Assembly: GCA_038087875.1 (NCBI GenBank)
Contig: CM075992.1
Location: forward strand, 7,132,001 to 7,196,000
DNA from: Malacoraja senta
Taxonomy: Eukaryota
DNA length: 64,000 bases
Direction: 5' to 3'
Shown: in pieces, positions 12,240-25,879 of the stretch
Position numbering within the stretch: position 1 is the stretch's first letter
How the letters are laid out: the number at the start of each line of letters is the position of its first letter
Position numbers and translations under genes: made by a program
The notes under the pieces: generated by a model
Database searches by the model: none
Seen by the model: only the letters and a program-made list of their open reading frames with translations
What the model was told of the DNA's origin: nothing

Positions 12240-12780
12240 ATCGTGAATTCTGCCCTCCTATTTGCTTTGTAGACCTGGACTATCTACAGCAGATGTCTCC
12301 AAGGCATTTGAACGACACCACCAATGTAAAATCCTCCAAAATCAATTCTCGGGTAAATAAACTATGTCAGCGTCCCCTAATTACAGTCGACTCCAGGGGC
12401 ACACCACACTGTTCAGCCACATCATTCACATGCCTGACACTGGAATGGATACTATTCTGAGCTCTGCCACAGGCTAAGATTACCAGACAGACGGAGAAAA
12501 AGACGCAAGAATGTGTTTAAAGCCTCCTTGAAAATGGCAACAACTTCATTGACTCTCGGGAATTCCTGGCCCATGAACCTATACTGAGAACTTCGAGTTC
12601 ATGCTTAAGGAGCACACAACAGAAGGAGCGCACCACATCACAAACTACCAATCCCATCAGACACTTCCTGGCCCATTTGTTGAGAAGTCTGAAACTGCCA
12701 CATTAGCCTCATTAGTCATCCCAGACTCCACCTATCAAATCAGAAGCAAGTCATCCCTAATCCCAAAGGCTGCCAAAAAG
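12240..12780 (+). mobile_element. Old, degenerate RTE-clade LINE fragment (a similar remnant lies at ~17630-17945)
   Basis: Broken translations resembling the RTE C-terminus (LRW.GH..RM.D, K.SLKKCNI); heavily mutated. Confidence 0.45.
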
Positions 12781-12991
12781 GAAGAAGACGTCAAAACAAT
12801 GATGTAACAGTGCAAATAGCAGTGCAAAACAAAAGTTAGTGTCTTTGTTACATGTTACAGAACAATACCAAAATCGCATGTGTCATTTATATCTCTGTGC
12901 CACTTTCAGATAATTCTACAACTTTAGCTACATTTAATTATAAGGCCATCTACTGTTAATTGGTGTGAAAGTCAAAGGTAAAATAGCATTA

Positions 12992-13562
12992 AAGCCCTGT
13001 CCCACGGTGCGAGTTAATTCCAAGAGCTCTCCCGAGTTTAAAAAAAATCAAACTCGTGGTAAGCACGGAGAATGAACGTAGCGGGTACATCGGAGCTCGT
13101 GGACGTCTCTTAGCGGCTCGTTACGCTAATGGCAGGTACTCGGGAAGACTCGCTAATGGCAGGTAAGCACGGGAAGACTCGTGAAGATTTTTTAACATGT
13201 TGAAAAATGTCCACGAGAGCCCCGAGTACCGACGAGTGGCCATTACCGTAAATCTCCGAGTTCGAATCAGGGCAAACTCGGGAGAGCTCTTCGAATGTCG
13301 TCGCATTGTACCGTCGCATTGCTGAACTCCGAGTCCCGCTGATAGATTCCTCCGGTCCCTCCGTCCCCATTGTTAATTATTCTGTATTTTTGATTATTCT
13401 GTATCCTCTTTTTTTTTAAATTTCTATATTGCACTACTACTACGGACTGACGCAAAACTGCATTTCGTTGTACCCATACTCAGTATTTGTGCAATGACAT
13501 TAAAGTTGAAATGAATTGAATTGAATTGAATTGAATTGAACTCGTACCGTGGGACAGGGCTT
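12992..13562. mobile_element. PIF/Harbinger-type MITE with a nested retro-element 3' end (~13292-13540)
   Basis: TIR AAGCCCTGTCCCACGGT… / …ACCGTGGGACAGGGCTT; TTA TSD at 12989-12991 and 13563-13565; nested piece ends in (TTGAA)n. Confidence 0.85.
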
Positions 13563-13679
13563 TTATTGAGGATATGAGAGAATCAAAAATGAAATTAATG
13601 TAGGATTGGTATAAATAGGAAGTTGGGCGTTTGGAACTGCGGTGGACTGAAGGGCCATGCTGTATTTTTAAATACTTTA

Positions 13680-13965
13680 GAGTGGTACAGCGTGGAAACG
13701 TGTCCTTCGGCCCACCGAGTACATGCTGGCCAGTGATCGCCCCCGTACACTGACACTACCCTACACACTAGGGACAATTTACAATTTTACCAAAGCCAAT
13801 TAACCTACAAACCTGCACGTCTTTGGATTGTGGGAGGAAATCGGAGCACCCATGCGGTCACAGGGAGAATGTAAAAACTTCATAAGACTGTACCCATTGT
13901 CAGGATCGAACCCTGGGCTCTGGTGCTGCAAGGCATCTGCTCGACCGCTGCGCCACCGTGCCGCA
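13680..13965 (-). mobile_element. tRNA-derived V-SINE (HE1-like)
   Basis: GGCACGGTGGCGCAGCGG head, GTTCGATCC B-box, V-core GGTTTCCTCCCAC..CCAAAGAC, CR1-like tail. Confidence 0.8.
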
Positions 13966-14734
13966 CTGTTTCTATGACCCCATCACAAGAAACCTTTTTA
14001 AAGAAAAATATTTTCTTTTAACTCATTTCTACAATGATTTTCTGCTCTTCTGTCACCTTTCCATCCTCTTAATCGCAGTACTATTCATTGAGTGTAAAGA
14101 GCAAATGTATTTTGTAAACTTAAATAGATAGGTTACATAGTTCACATCAAGGTGAGCTGTTCAGATCTCTGGAACTGCAAAATCAGAGTTAGGATAAGCA
14201 AATTAACCAACATTCACATTGCGGAATAATAAAACATAAATGTGGAAAACATTCAGCAGGTCAGGCAGCATTGGCGGGCAAAGAAACAAGAGGTCTGAAG
14301 AAGGGTCTCGACCCAAAACTTCACCCATTCCTTCTATCCAGAGATGCTGCCTGTCCGCTGAGTTACTCCTGCTTTTAGTGTCTATCTTCTGTATCTGCAG
14401 TTCCTTCCCAAACAGAGTTAATGTTTCAAACTGAAAACCCTTCGCCTGGCAGCTCAACATTACTCTGAAAGACCCACACAAACCCTTTAAAGTATAAATT
14501 CATGGGACATGGGAGGCATCTGTGAAAATTAAATTAACTTAAGTAACATGCATGTTTTTTTATGCATCCTGATATTTTCACGTTTGGTTTGTAAATGCAT
14601 AAGTTTATAAAGTGCACATTTTAAAAGTGTCCTACAGAAAAATACTGTTCACCCACTAACTGGTAAGGGCAATCGGGCTGGGATGCGAAACCAGTTAACT
14701 CCCAGAGTAGCCTTGGTTAAGAGAGCTGAAAAAG

Positions 14735-15030
14735 GCGGCACGAAGGCGCAGCAATATATTGCTGCTTTACAGCGCCAGTGGTCCGGGTTAGATCCTGACT
14801 ACGGGTGCTGTCTGTACGGAGTATATGGAGTTCTCCCTGTTACCTACGTGGGTTTTCTCTGGGTTCTCCGGTTTCCTCCGACAGTCCAAAGACATATAGG
14901 TTTGTAGGTTAATCGGCTTGTTAACATTGTAAATTGTCCCTAGATGTGTAGGATAGTGTCAGTGTGTGGGGATCGATGGTCGGACTCGGTGGGCCAAAGG
15001 GCCTGTTTCCGCGCTGTATCTCAAAACCAA
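14735..15030 (+). mobile_element. tRNA-derived V-SINE (HE1-like); further copies at ~21380-21570, 35640-35850, 36945-37160, 52270-52385 (-) and 52597-53130
   Basis: Same head, V-core and tail as the copy at 13680-13965. Confidence 0.8.
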
Positions 15031-18000
15031 TGTAAAGTCAATCTTAAATCATTCAAGAGGCAGTGGAATGCTGTGTCAAAAAGAGCTTACGTTTCCATGC
15101 AAGATATCTTTTCATCTACACTTTAATTTAAGTACTGGCATCAAAATGACTGGACATTCTGCTTTAAAAGTTTCTGCCAAGCTGGTGCACACGATGCACT
15201 TCACATTTTCACTCAAAAGCAAATGATGCATCAAAGCCTCAGCACTTATGAGTGGTTTTCAAATAGGAAAGGACACCAATAAATTCAAAATTCTCACAAC
15301 TCGATGCTTTCCACTTATTCCAATGAGGAACCTACAATTCTCAATGAAACTAACCATTAACCACAATGAACACAGGAACACATAATGCTGCAATCTGCCC
15401 ATATCTACTCAGTTTAAAAAAGTGAAAACTTGCCAACAACTCAGATTCTGCAGGAATGTCAATATCAAACAGATCAATCACAAAATTCAACGCTTTTCAG
15501 TTAATATTTCCAAACCAGATGATGTTTGTTTAGGAAAATTCAGAACTGCTTGATTAAGTGGAGAGAATCAAAAGACAGCAGATGCTGATGTCTGGAGGAA
15601 ATCTGGTAATCCAGAGGAAGGGTCTCAACCAGAAATATTGACGGTTCATTTCCCTCCACAGATTCTGCCCGACCTGTTGAGTTACTCCAGCAGTTTGTTG
15701 TTTGCTACTGAATTACCGTATGTGCAGACTTAGAATATTCTTCACCGTCATCTGGTCAAAATCCTGGAACTCCCTCGCTAACACAATTGTGTCCGCACCT
15801 CAAGGATGGCAGCGTTTCTAGAAGAAAGCTCACCACCCACCACCTCCTGAAGGGCACTCAGGGATTGGCAATTAAATGATGGCACGGCGTGCAAAACCCA
15901 CAACCCTTGAACGAATAAAGAAAATACTGTAATGTGTTTCTCCCTTGTATATATTGTAAATCCCTTGTACGTCTGTAAATCATCCAGGTTATAATTTTTG
16001 AAGCTGACTCTACGTTCAATTTCCACAAAGAACCCGATTTAATTCTGCTATGCAATATTATATACAATTTAAACCTCCAAGGAAAAATTAAAAAAAATCT
16101 ATGAGAAGATTTAGATAATGTTCAGTTAATTTTCATGTGATAGAAACAAGGAACAGCAGATCTTAGTTTACAAAAGACACAAAGTACTGGAGTAACTCAG
16201 TGGGTCAGGCAACACCTCTCGAGAACATGGATAGATAACGTTTTGGGTTGGGACCCTCTTCCGACTAATGATTTTCATGTGATAATAGGTTCTGACACCG
16301 TTTAAGATACATTGACACCTCTTGCAGTCGACAGTAATTGCACTAATTAAAGATTTGACTTGACTGTAACCAGATGTGATAGATGCTGGATAGGTTTTGA
16401 AGCACTGCTTCTATCAAATCAACAAATGTTAGTCAGAAATAAAACATTCAGACACAAATTTGTATGTGAGCTTTTCATTCCAGGGTCAAAAAATGGCATT
16501 AGAGGTGAATTTTACATTTCATTCCCCAGTACATTAAACACCTGCTCGTTCTACTCCAACACACAAGAGCATGCTAGAGAAAATGTTTTGGTCTGACAGA
16601 TTATCTTCAAGTCTGCAATAACACTAGAGGTTTATTTTCTACGATTCGTGCTAATTTTTAATCAGATAACCTGAAATTTAAACGGGGTGGGGGGGGGGGG
16701 GGGGGGGGGAAGGGAAAAGAAATATCACAGGCCACTCAAACCACTTGTCACATTAGAAGCAACACCATTTCTAGTAAAATAGCCCTTTGCAACATCAAGT
16801 TTTAACCCAGTGGAGACATTAGCCATCAGGTCCACATAAAATGCTTTTATTTTTTCAACTTCATTTCTGAAGTTCCAGTAATTAAAAACAATTAAATATA
16901 TTACTTTGCTGGCTTATATGATTACAGATCAATCTCATTAGTGTCTGGCGTGCATTGAATCCTAAAAAGAGTTGGTGAAAAGTGTCTGATCATTTCAGCC
17001 TCTCGTGGTTAAATGACAAAGGTAAAAAAAAACACTAATATCAAAACGAGATGTGAAGAGGGTTGATGTAGGAGGAAGAGATCCAACCTTGTCATCTCCA
17101 GTAAGCTTCTGCATGACAAATTAAAAGACAGTTACAACCCCAACAATCCTATGGGGTCAACTATTGCATATATTTGAAACAATTTTAATTCTGCTTAGCA
17201 ACATTAAACTGGCACTAGTTTTGAAAGCGCTGCCTGTAGAAGTCTCTGAACTGCCAGTTAATCATGCAAACACGTGACCAAATTTAAAAAAAAAACACTT
17301 TAAGAGAGAATAGTGAGAAGACAAGTGGGCCATTTATGGTCAGAAATAAATAGAATATTGGCAAATTTTAGAAGAGGTGGAATATACAAAATCATGGCAG
17401 AATAGCTTATACTAATTGTGCAAGATACCCTGATGCCGAGGACACATTAAAATCATCACATCTTTTCTCTTATTTACTCACTAATATTCAGAAAGAAATT
17501 GGGTAGTTATGAAACAGCACACCACTGTCACCTTAAAAATACCAGCACAACATTTGATCAATTAAGGAATGAGTATTTGAAAACCAAGCCCTTTCTTGGA
17601 ATTGAACTCATGGTCTGCTGAGCAGCATTGATTCCTTATTTGAGATATGGACTATTTACAGCAGGGATCTCAAGGCCAGGAAAAATACAACTAATGCAAA
17701 TGCCTTCAAATTTTACTCAAAGGATAAATAGATCAACATCCCCAGCATGAAATGCCTTGTTATTCTTAGTTGGACAGGACACAGCGTTCACATGGCTGGG
17801 ACATGATTCCCAAAGCAAATGCTCTTTTCTAAGCTATGTTCTGGGAGAGGAATACAGGACAGACAGAAAAAAAGAGGATATGTTCAAAGATTTCTTGGAG
17901 AAATGCAACATCCCAGTGACTACTGTGAACCTTTGGCGACTGACAAAGAAGAAAAATACATTTTCATAGGTCTGAAGCCGTTGAAGTTTGTTTGAGGACA

Positions 18001-21000
18001 GTTAACTGATAGATGACTATTTGTACTGTGAACCATGAGTGACAAAGAGTTACGGCTTCTTCCAAGCCTATGATTCAGGGAATTAATTGATCATGAGCTT
18101 GGGTGACATAAGCTGCAACAGTTCTTTTAGTTGTCCTTTAATGAGTAGCTGTGCTGATGATTATGAATGATACTGCTAAAACAGCAGTGTTCTGATGATA
18201 TATCCTACGCTCCATCCATACAGTGAATCACATTTTTTCCAATTGGCTTATATCAGACAGGCATTTTAAAGACATTTGTTTTAGGGAACAGTCACTTATT
18301 GCTCATACATGGTCTAGAGTCTGATACAGATGAGAGATTTAACTGATTTCACCTCATGCCATACAGTAATTTAGATAATTGCAGGGAATTATAAATTGCT
18401 AAGGCCATATAGAGGTTGGTAAATTTTAGCCTTCAGCTCAATGACTGACCATTTATTTTTATAAAAATAATTTATGATGTCTTACTATATATAAATAACA
18501 CACGACTTTAAAAAACAACCATAACATGGTACAAGTGGAAGATATGCATTTATTGTAACATTCAATGCAAAGTGTACACCAGACTTTCACATTACAAGCT
18601 CAAATATCCTATCTGCAAAATAAACATACAGCCAACAAACCAAATAAGGAATCAAAGCCTATTAGCTTTAGCAAACTATTGTAAAAGAGAAGTATAAATG
18701 ATCAAATGACTCAATCATTTCAGTTCCACAATTTCAAGAATTAACTTTTAGCAGTCAATTTGAAAAATTGTATTTTTGACCTAATTTTAAAAGTAAGTGC
18801 TAACAATATCAGGAAGCCTGGCCTAAATGTACCAACAATGATTAATTAGCACCTTGCTTGTGTGAAAATTGAAATAACTACATTTGCACTTAGCTCCATC
18901 ACAAAGTCAGGTCCAGTTACTTCCCCAGACAATGAGATGGTGCTTAGCCCCGTCTGAACAAACTACTAAATCTTTAAAAACATTCATAGCAAAATAAAAT
19001 AACAAGATCAACCATATAATGAAAGTTGGAGACTGAAAGGGAACACAAACTAAAATGGATGTACCATTTTGATTTTCTTTCCATTGATGCTGCCTGGCCC
19101 TGATGGTTTTCATTCTTTTCTATCTTTATGCATTTGCTCATTTTCATTCCCTGTCCTCCATCACCTGATTCAATATATTTTAGCATGTGCACTGCAACAA
19201 CTCTCTGAATCAAAACATATTTAGTTGTATTTTCTTTGCACACCTAATACAATGCTCAATCACAAACATGCATTCATTCATTCATTCATTCATTACCCTC
19301 CATGATCATAGCTTAATTCATCTCCTTACTCCACCTGTCCATGCAGACACAACATGAACATCCCTTGCATCTCCCTTTACCTATTAATAGCCTTTCACTA
19401 GGCTCAACACAGTAACTCAATTATAAAAGAACACTGTTGGCCACAATACATTTTGGAGTTCAGCAAAGTTGCAAAAGATGCAATATAAATACAAAACTTT
19501 TACTATCTCTTTGCCAACTCCAGTGTCTCTTTCTGTAGTACATGCTGTGCAAGTAATTCATGGCAGCACAGCCCAGATGTAAATAATCAGCCACCAGATA
19601 GATTATTAGCCTGGGAAAAGTCACAATATGGCTCTGCTGACGCACATCCCGCAAATTGAGTCACAAAGTGGGCTGCAAAGTGACAAGGCATGAAGAGTTA
19701 TCAAATAGGACTTCACAGGTTTTGTGATGAAATATGATCAGTCCTTTTTTGCAAGTTTTGACGTATTTCCTTATGCACCATGATTCTAAAGGATGTGTCT
19801 GTCCAACACACACAACATCTGTCACCCATCGTTTTAACTGGGCAGTTAAAATGACAGGCAACTTTAATAAATCTGAAACAAATTGGCAAGCCCATTACTG
19901 TGGACAGCATCTGTGAATCTATCAGTGGCAGAAGCTATGGGTGCATCGAGGACAAATGTCCCTGGTTGCAAATGGCCAACCCAGCATGAACCAAACATTG
20001 AAAAAGTACATTATCAATTTGTAGTGCTCGGTTAAATCATGAAACTGAAATAGTAGAAACCTACCAATTTCTGTACATTGCCAAAACATTTTAAAATAAG
20101 AGGAACTAGGATATCTTTACAGATCAGACACAATGGCAAAAAGCATAATGTATACTGATATTACAAACAAAATTTCTGCTATTTATGAAGTTGGATTTTA
20201 AGCAATTTTCACCTCTTCTGGACCCAAATATTTCCTTGAAGCATCCATAAAAGATAAATCAGTTTGTGTTCACACGACATACTAATGAAGACTAATACAA
20301 GACTAAGACTTGACAGGATCCGAAAATAAAAACGGCTTATTCTTGGTGATTCTTTTTTTTTGCACAAGAGATATCAATTATCCATTCATTTTAATTAAGT
20401 AAGTTTATTGGCCAAGTATTCACATACAAGGAATTTGCCTTGGTGCTCCGCCCACAATTAAGCAGTGGAAAATCAGCAAAGTGGGAATTTAATGATTAGA
20501 ATCATGTTCTATAAAACATTAGGAATTTGGTAGTGCCAGACTAGCAGATTTTCCAGACTATCAAATGTTTTTTCTTATCAGTACCCAGTCTGACGAAGGG
20601 TCTTGACCCGAAACGTCGCTAATTCCTTCTCTCCATAGATGCTGCCTCATCCGCTGAGTAATGCCTCATCCAGCATTTTTTGTCTATCATTACTTTTATT
20701 TCATTCTTTTTACATGTTACACAATAGTATAATAACAGGTCATGTCAACCCATAAGTTTAAAGGGGGTAAGAAATACAGAAGCACTCTAGACTCGGGGGC
20801 CCTGGCTGCAAATCCACCCACGTTCTTGGCTTCTAGTCTTCCAGGAACTATTCCTGGCTCCACCCTCACATCTGGCCCATTGTTCAGACCTCAGAACCCC
20901 AGCTCTGGCAACACACCCTGCTTGCACTCTGGATCCTGAATCACATTATGGACAAATTAGTACACCAGATGCCAGACTCTGACGATATCTGAACTGGATT

Positions 21001-24000
21001 ATTGGGGTTTCACCTGATGTTTAATTTTGGGATTAAGTTTATACAATTTCATTCTTAAAGCTGCATAAAATTAAAGGAACTAGAAAAAAGCATCAGCTTC
21101 TCTTTACAATCTCTAATACTTTATTATGGATATTTAATAAACCAGTAGACACCTGCATTTGCAATTCTGCAATGATCACGGATGAAGGAGGCCATTCATC
21201 GATCTGCTCATCAATCCAGTACAACATTACACTCCCTATTGAACCCACCATTTGTGCATTCAGTAATCTTACTTATTCTTTCTTCATCAATGAGGTCTGC
21301 CTGATATGAATCAGATTTTGACATGCTCCAAGCGTGATCATGTCTATCTGCGTTCTATGCTATTTGCTCAATTTTTGGGGGTTTTCTCCGAGATCTTCAG
21401 TTTGCTCCCACACTCCAAAGACTTACAGGTTTGTAGGTAATTTGACTTGGTATAAATGTAAAAATTGTCCCTAGTGCGTGTAGGATAGTGTTAGTGTGCG
21501 GGGATCGCTGGTCTGTGCGGACTCGGTGGGCCGAAGGGCCTGTTTCTGCACTGTATGTCTAAACTAAACTAAACCAAACCACATGAAGATACATTAGTAA
21601 CTGACAACCAAAACCTTAAGATTCAGGTTAGTTTATTGTCATTTTCACCAGGATGCAATGATGTTCTAGGTGCACCTGAAGCTCACAGACAAAATAGTAT
21701 AGTATAGTAATGATAAAATACAACAAATGCAGTGAGTGTGAAACAGCAGAATGATGCATGATTGTAGTGCAAAAATACATTAAAGGTCCAATATTGCAAT
21801 AACCGAATGTGGTAGAGTTAAAAGTATGAGTATGTGGCAGCATAACTGAGAAGGAAGTGTGAAAAGGGTGATTGGTTCAGGAGTCTGATAGCAGTGGGAA
21901 GAATCTGTTTTTGTCTGGATGTCTGAGCTCTCAATCGCTAGTATCTTCTTCCAGATGATAAAAGAGAGAAAAGGGAGTGGCCAGGATGGCAAGCATCCTT
22001 GACCACACTTTCAGCCTTCCTGATGCAACGTACCATGAAGGTGAATTGGATGGAATGAAGTGTCGAGCCTGTGATCGACTGGGTTGTGTTCACCATGCTC
22101 AACTTGTTTAGGCAGAGGCTCCAATCAAATCTTGATCAAAGCAGTAGGTTTCAAGAAGCATTTTCAAAGAAAGAATGGGAGATGGAAGGTGGTTGGGAGG
22201 GGGGATAGGAGGCAAATTTGTGGAACAAGGTCATCAACAGTGGAGCACATACATTTGGGGTTGATCTGGAGAAGGGCATGTATCATGATTGTAAGGCTGA
22301 AGATTATAGAGATATGGAAGGGATGTAGCAATGAAGTGATACCAATACCCCATTAATGAGTTTTTAAAAGCAAAGCCGAGATAGGGTTAAGGGAAACGGA
22401 TACTGTGTATGAGATACAGTGATAAAGGAACGAGTCTCACTCTTCTCATTGTCCCTCCCTGGACCTAAGGAAGCACACATTGCTGAAAAAGCACAATGCA
22501 TCCTGCGAAAATCGACTGTTATTTCCTTTACAATAGGAATAGGGAATACATGAAAAAAGACTATGGGATCTGACTTGGAGCTTTTACCAAGCCATATGCA
22601 GCACAAGTACAGATAGCATTGCACAATTCTTCATGTGTTCAATTATAATTAACATTGATAGACTAATATGAACTATAACATGCTGACTTATACACTGCAG
22701 TAGGTTTCTTTTTATACATAAGCATCCTCCCCTATATCACCACCACTATGATAGCATTACAATAATATGCAAACTGTTTAAAGTGATAATGTCAATAATT
22801 TTAATATAATACTTCAAAAGAAAAGGAGGGGCCAGTTCAGAATATTCAGGGAATAAGTGTAAAAGTACATTTAACTTTCTACATATACTGGATAGGTTAT
22901 AAAAGCTTCCACATAATCAGCATAGGAATAAACACATTATCCCAGGAAGGAATATATAACTCAGAAAATTCGCTATCCAAAACTCCTGATGGTTCAGCAT
23001 TTGGCTCACTGCTACTTTGGTCCTGCCCCCCTGACTTTGTGACCAAGATTCAGTGGAAGCTGGTGAATTATTCTGGGGTAAGAAGTCTCTGCTGAAGTTC
23101 AGAGTCTCCTGTTTGAGTCAGTCGCTAGTGTATGTCTAAATCTGGTGGCGACATTCTGCCTTTAAACCCTGTAGAGATACCTGTACGTTGAGCAGCCTGT
23201 AGAGATACCTGTACGTTGTGCAGCCTCCCTGACTGTTTGTGCTGGCAATGTATTTTATCTGCCACGTCACTGCCTTGACGATGACATGCAATACCCAATG
23301 CCAGGCATCAGGCATGATGGTCTCTGAGAGATGCCCGTCTTTTACTGAGACCTTATCGGATCCTGCGATTACCTCCAGTCAAAGGGCTCCCATGCTGGTG
23401 GAGGGAAGCACTCTGGCCGTGAGGGCAGAGGGACAGTGGAGCAATCAACGGCATGGATAGGGATGTGGAACTCATTGCTGTGGAGGCCACGTCAGTAGAT
23501 ATTTTTAAGGCAGAGACAAATTCTTGATTAGAACGCGTGACAAGGGTTATGGGGAGAAGGTAGGAAAATGGGATTAGGCAGAGATCAGCCGCGATTGATT
23601 GGCGGAGTAGTCTCAATAGGCCAAATGGCCTAATTCTACTCCTATAAACTTGTGTGAACTTGTGTATGCCACAACGTCTGATCCCTGATCAGCCATATTT
23701 GCTCCTTGGACCAAGCCCCTCCAGACTCTTCTAGGGAGCACAACATAAGCCGTCTCTCGGAAATGCCCTCTATGCCATTCAATACTGCACAGAGGTGTTT
23801 CCAATATGGGCTGCTCCTACACACTTGCAAATTCTTTGCGTTCATCTGCCTTCCATGGTGATAATATCCTCGAACCCAACCCCAGAATTTCAGGAACAGG
23901 TGCTGGATAGAACATGATACAGCAATAGCATAGGGAGAGGATAGGAAATAATGGATATAGATGCTTTATCTAGAAATGAAAATTATAGGGTGAGGTTGTA

Positions 24001-24649
24001 TTTGAGACTGGAGAACTCAGTTCAACGGGATAATAGAGTCCTACAGTCATAGAACCATACAGCACAGAGACAGGTACTACATTTCAACTTGTCCATACCA
24101 ACCAAAATAGTTCCAGTTGCCTGCTTTCCCCCAAATCTCTCCAAACCTTTCCTATCCATTTACCTGTCCAAATGTGTTTTATTTGTTATTGTACCTGCCT
24201 CAACTACTTCCTCTGGCAGCACGTTCCATCCTCTGTGTGAAAAAGATAGATACAAAAAGACACAGACAGGTCTTCTAGACCTGAAATGTCACCCATTCCT
24301 TCTCTCCAGAGATGCTGCCAGTCCCGCTGAGTTACTTCAGCTTTTTATGTCTATCCACGGTTTAAACCAGCATCTGCAGTTTCTTCCTACACTCTGCAAA
24401 AAAAAGTTGCTCTTAAGATTCCTTTCCAATCTTTCCCTTCTCATCTTAACCCTATGGCCTCCCGTTTCCGATTCCCCTATTCAGGGTAAAAGACTATAAC
24501 AATCACCCTATCTATCCCCTTCATAACCGTATGCACCTCTACAAGATCATCCCTCATCATCCAGAGCTCCAAGTCTTCTGCAGTAAAATTGTAGTCTCAG
24601 CCATGACTTGGACGGGTGATAGTTTTGTGAGAGGTGGGGCTATCCAGCT

Positions 24650-25865
24650 GTTATCATGCAACAGAATCATCCTACCACAACCAGAGTGCAAATCTGTGTA
24701 GGAAGGAACTGCAGATGCTGGTTTAAACCAAAGACGATGACAAAATGCTGGAGTAACTCAGCGGGACAGGCAGCATCTCCAGAGAGAAAGAATGGGTGAT
24801 GTTGCGGTCGAGACCCTTCTTCAAACAACTACTATCTACCTCTTTGGTGACCTTCGGACTATCCTTGATCAGACTTTGCTGGCTTTACCTTTCACTGAAC
24901 ATTATTCCCTTATCATGTATCTACACACAGTAAATGGCTCGATTGTAATCATGTAATGTCTTTCTGCTGACTGGACAGCATGCAACAAAAAGTTTTTTGC
25001 TTGGGCAGCTTACAGCCCAGTGGTATGAATATTGATTTCTCTAACTTCAAGTAACCACGGCATCCCCTCGCTATCCCTCCCCCACCCAAGTCGCACTTGC
25101 TTCTCGTTTTCACCCAACAAACAGCTATCAAACAATGGCCTGTTTCCTTTACAATCGTTACTTTTTTTTTTGCAGATCTTTCATTCATTGTTCTTTATCT
25201 CTCTACATCAGGGGTTCCCAACCTTTTTCATCCCGTTTACCCCGGCAACTTTAATAACACATAACAAAGGTAGACAAAAATGCTGGAGAAACTCAGCGGG
25301 TGCAGCAGCATCTATGGAGCGAAGGAAATAGGCAACGTTTCGGGCCGAAACCCTTCTTCAGACCCAAAACGTTGCCTATTTCCTTCGTTCCATAGATGCT
25401 GCTGCACCCGCTGGGTTTCTCCAGCATTTTTGTCTACCTTCGATTTTCCAGCATCTGCAGTTCCTTCTATAACACATAACAATGTTATTTCACTTGTTGA
25501 TGTACAACTAATGATGAACAGAACCAAACACAGTCAGTCAATGAGAAAATTATATATACAAATCCAGAATCAACAAATTTACCACTTGGGTAGGCGAAAT
25601 TTACCCCAGGTTGGGAACCATACTACATCACCGTCTATATCTCTCGTTTCCCTTATCCCTAACAAGTCTGCAGAACGGTCTCGACCCGAAACGTCACCCA
25701 TTCCTTCTCTCCAGAGATGCTGCCTGACCCGCTGAGTTTTTCGTGTCTATCCTTCTTTTTGTGTGTCTATCTATCTTCGGTTTCAACCAGCATCTGCAGT
25801 TCCTACACAAAAAGCTTTTCACTGTACCTCGGTACACGTGACAATAAACTGAACTGAAACTGCAC
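24650..25865. mobile_element. Nested cluster: Rex1/L2-type 3' end > Penelope 3' end > hAT-like MITE > Penelope fold-back
   Basis: PLE C-terminus LGSLQPSGMNIDFSNFK* at ~25000-25057; CAGGGGTTCCCAACC…GGTTGGGAACC ends at 25209 and ~25620; inner hairpin 25268-25469 with TSD TAACACATAACAA. Confidence 0.7.
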
Positions 25866-25879
25866 TGTGTCTCCAGTCC

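Noticed and set aside
13680..15030. tRNA genes
   Set aside because: The A/B-box heads belong to V-SINEs; no complete cloverleaf
16689..16709. Poly-G run; also (CATT)n at ~19271 and (GT)/(GGT)n at ~62016
   Set aside because: Ordinary simple repeats with no further structure
23168..23226. 28-bp tandem duplication CCTGTAGAGATACCTGTACGTTG.GCAG; also considered CRISPR-like or LTR-like arrays
   Set aside because: Only two units with no spacers; eukaryotic context; no TG…CA LTR pair, PBS or gag/pol seen
25280..25735. Recurrent short ORFs such as MLEKLSGCSSIYGAKE / RPETSPIPSLQRCCL
   Set aside because: Translations of the non-coding Penelope terminal repeat, not a protein family
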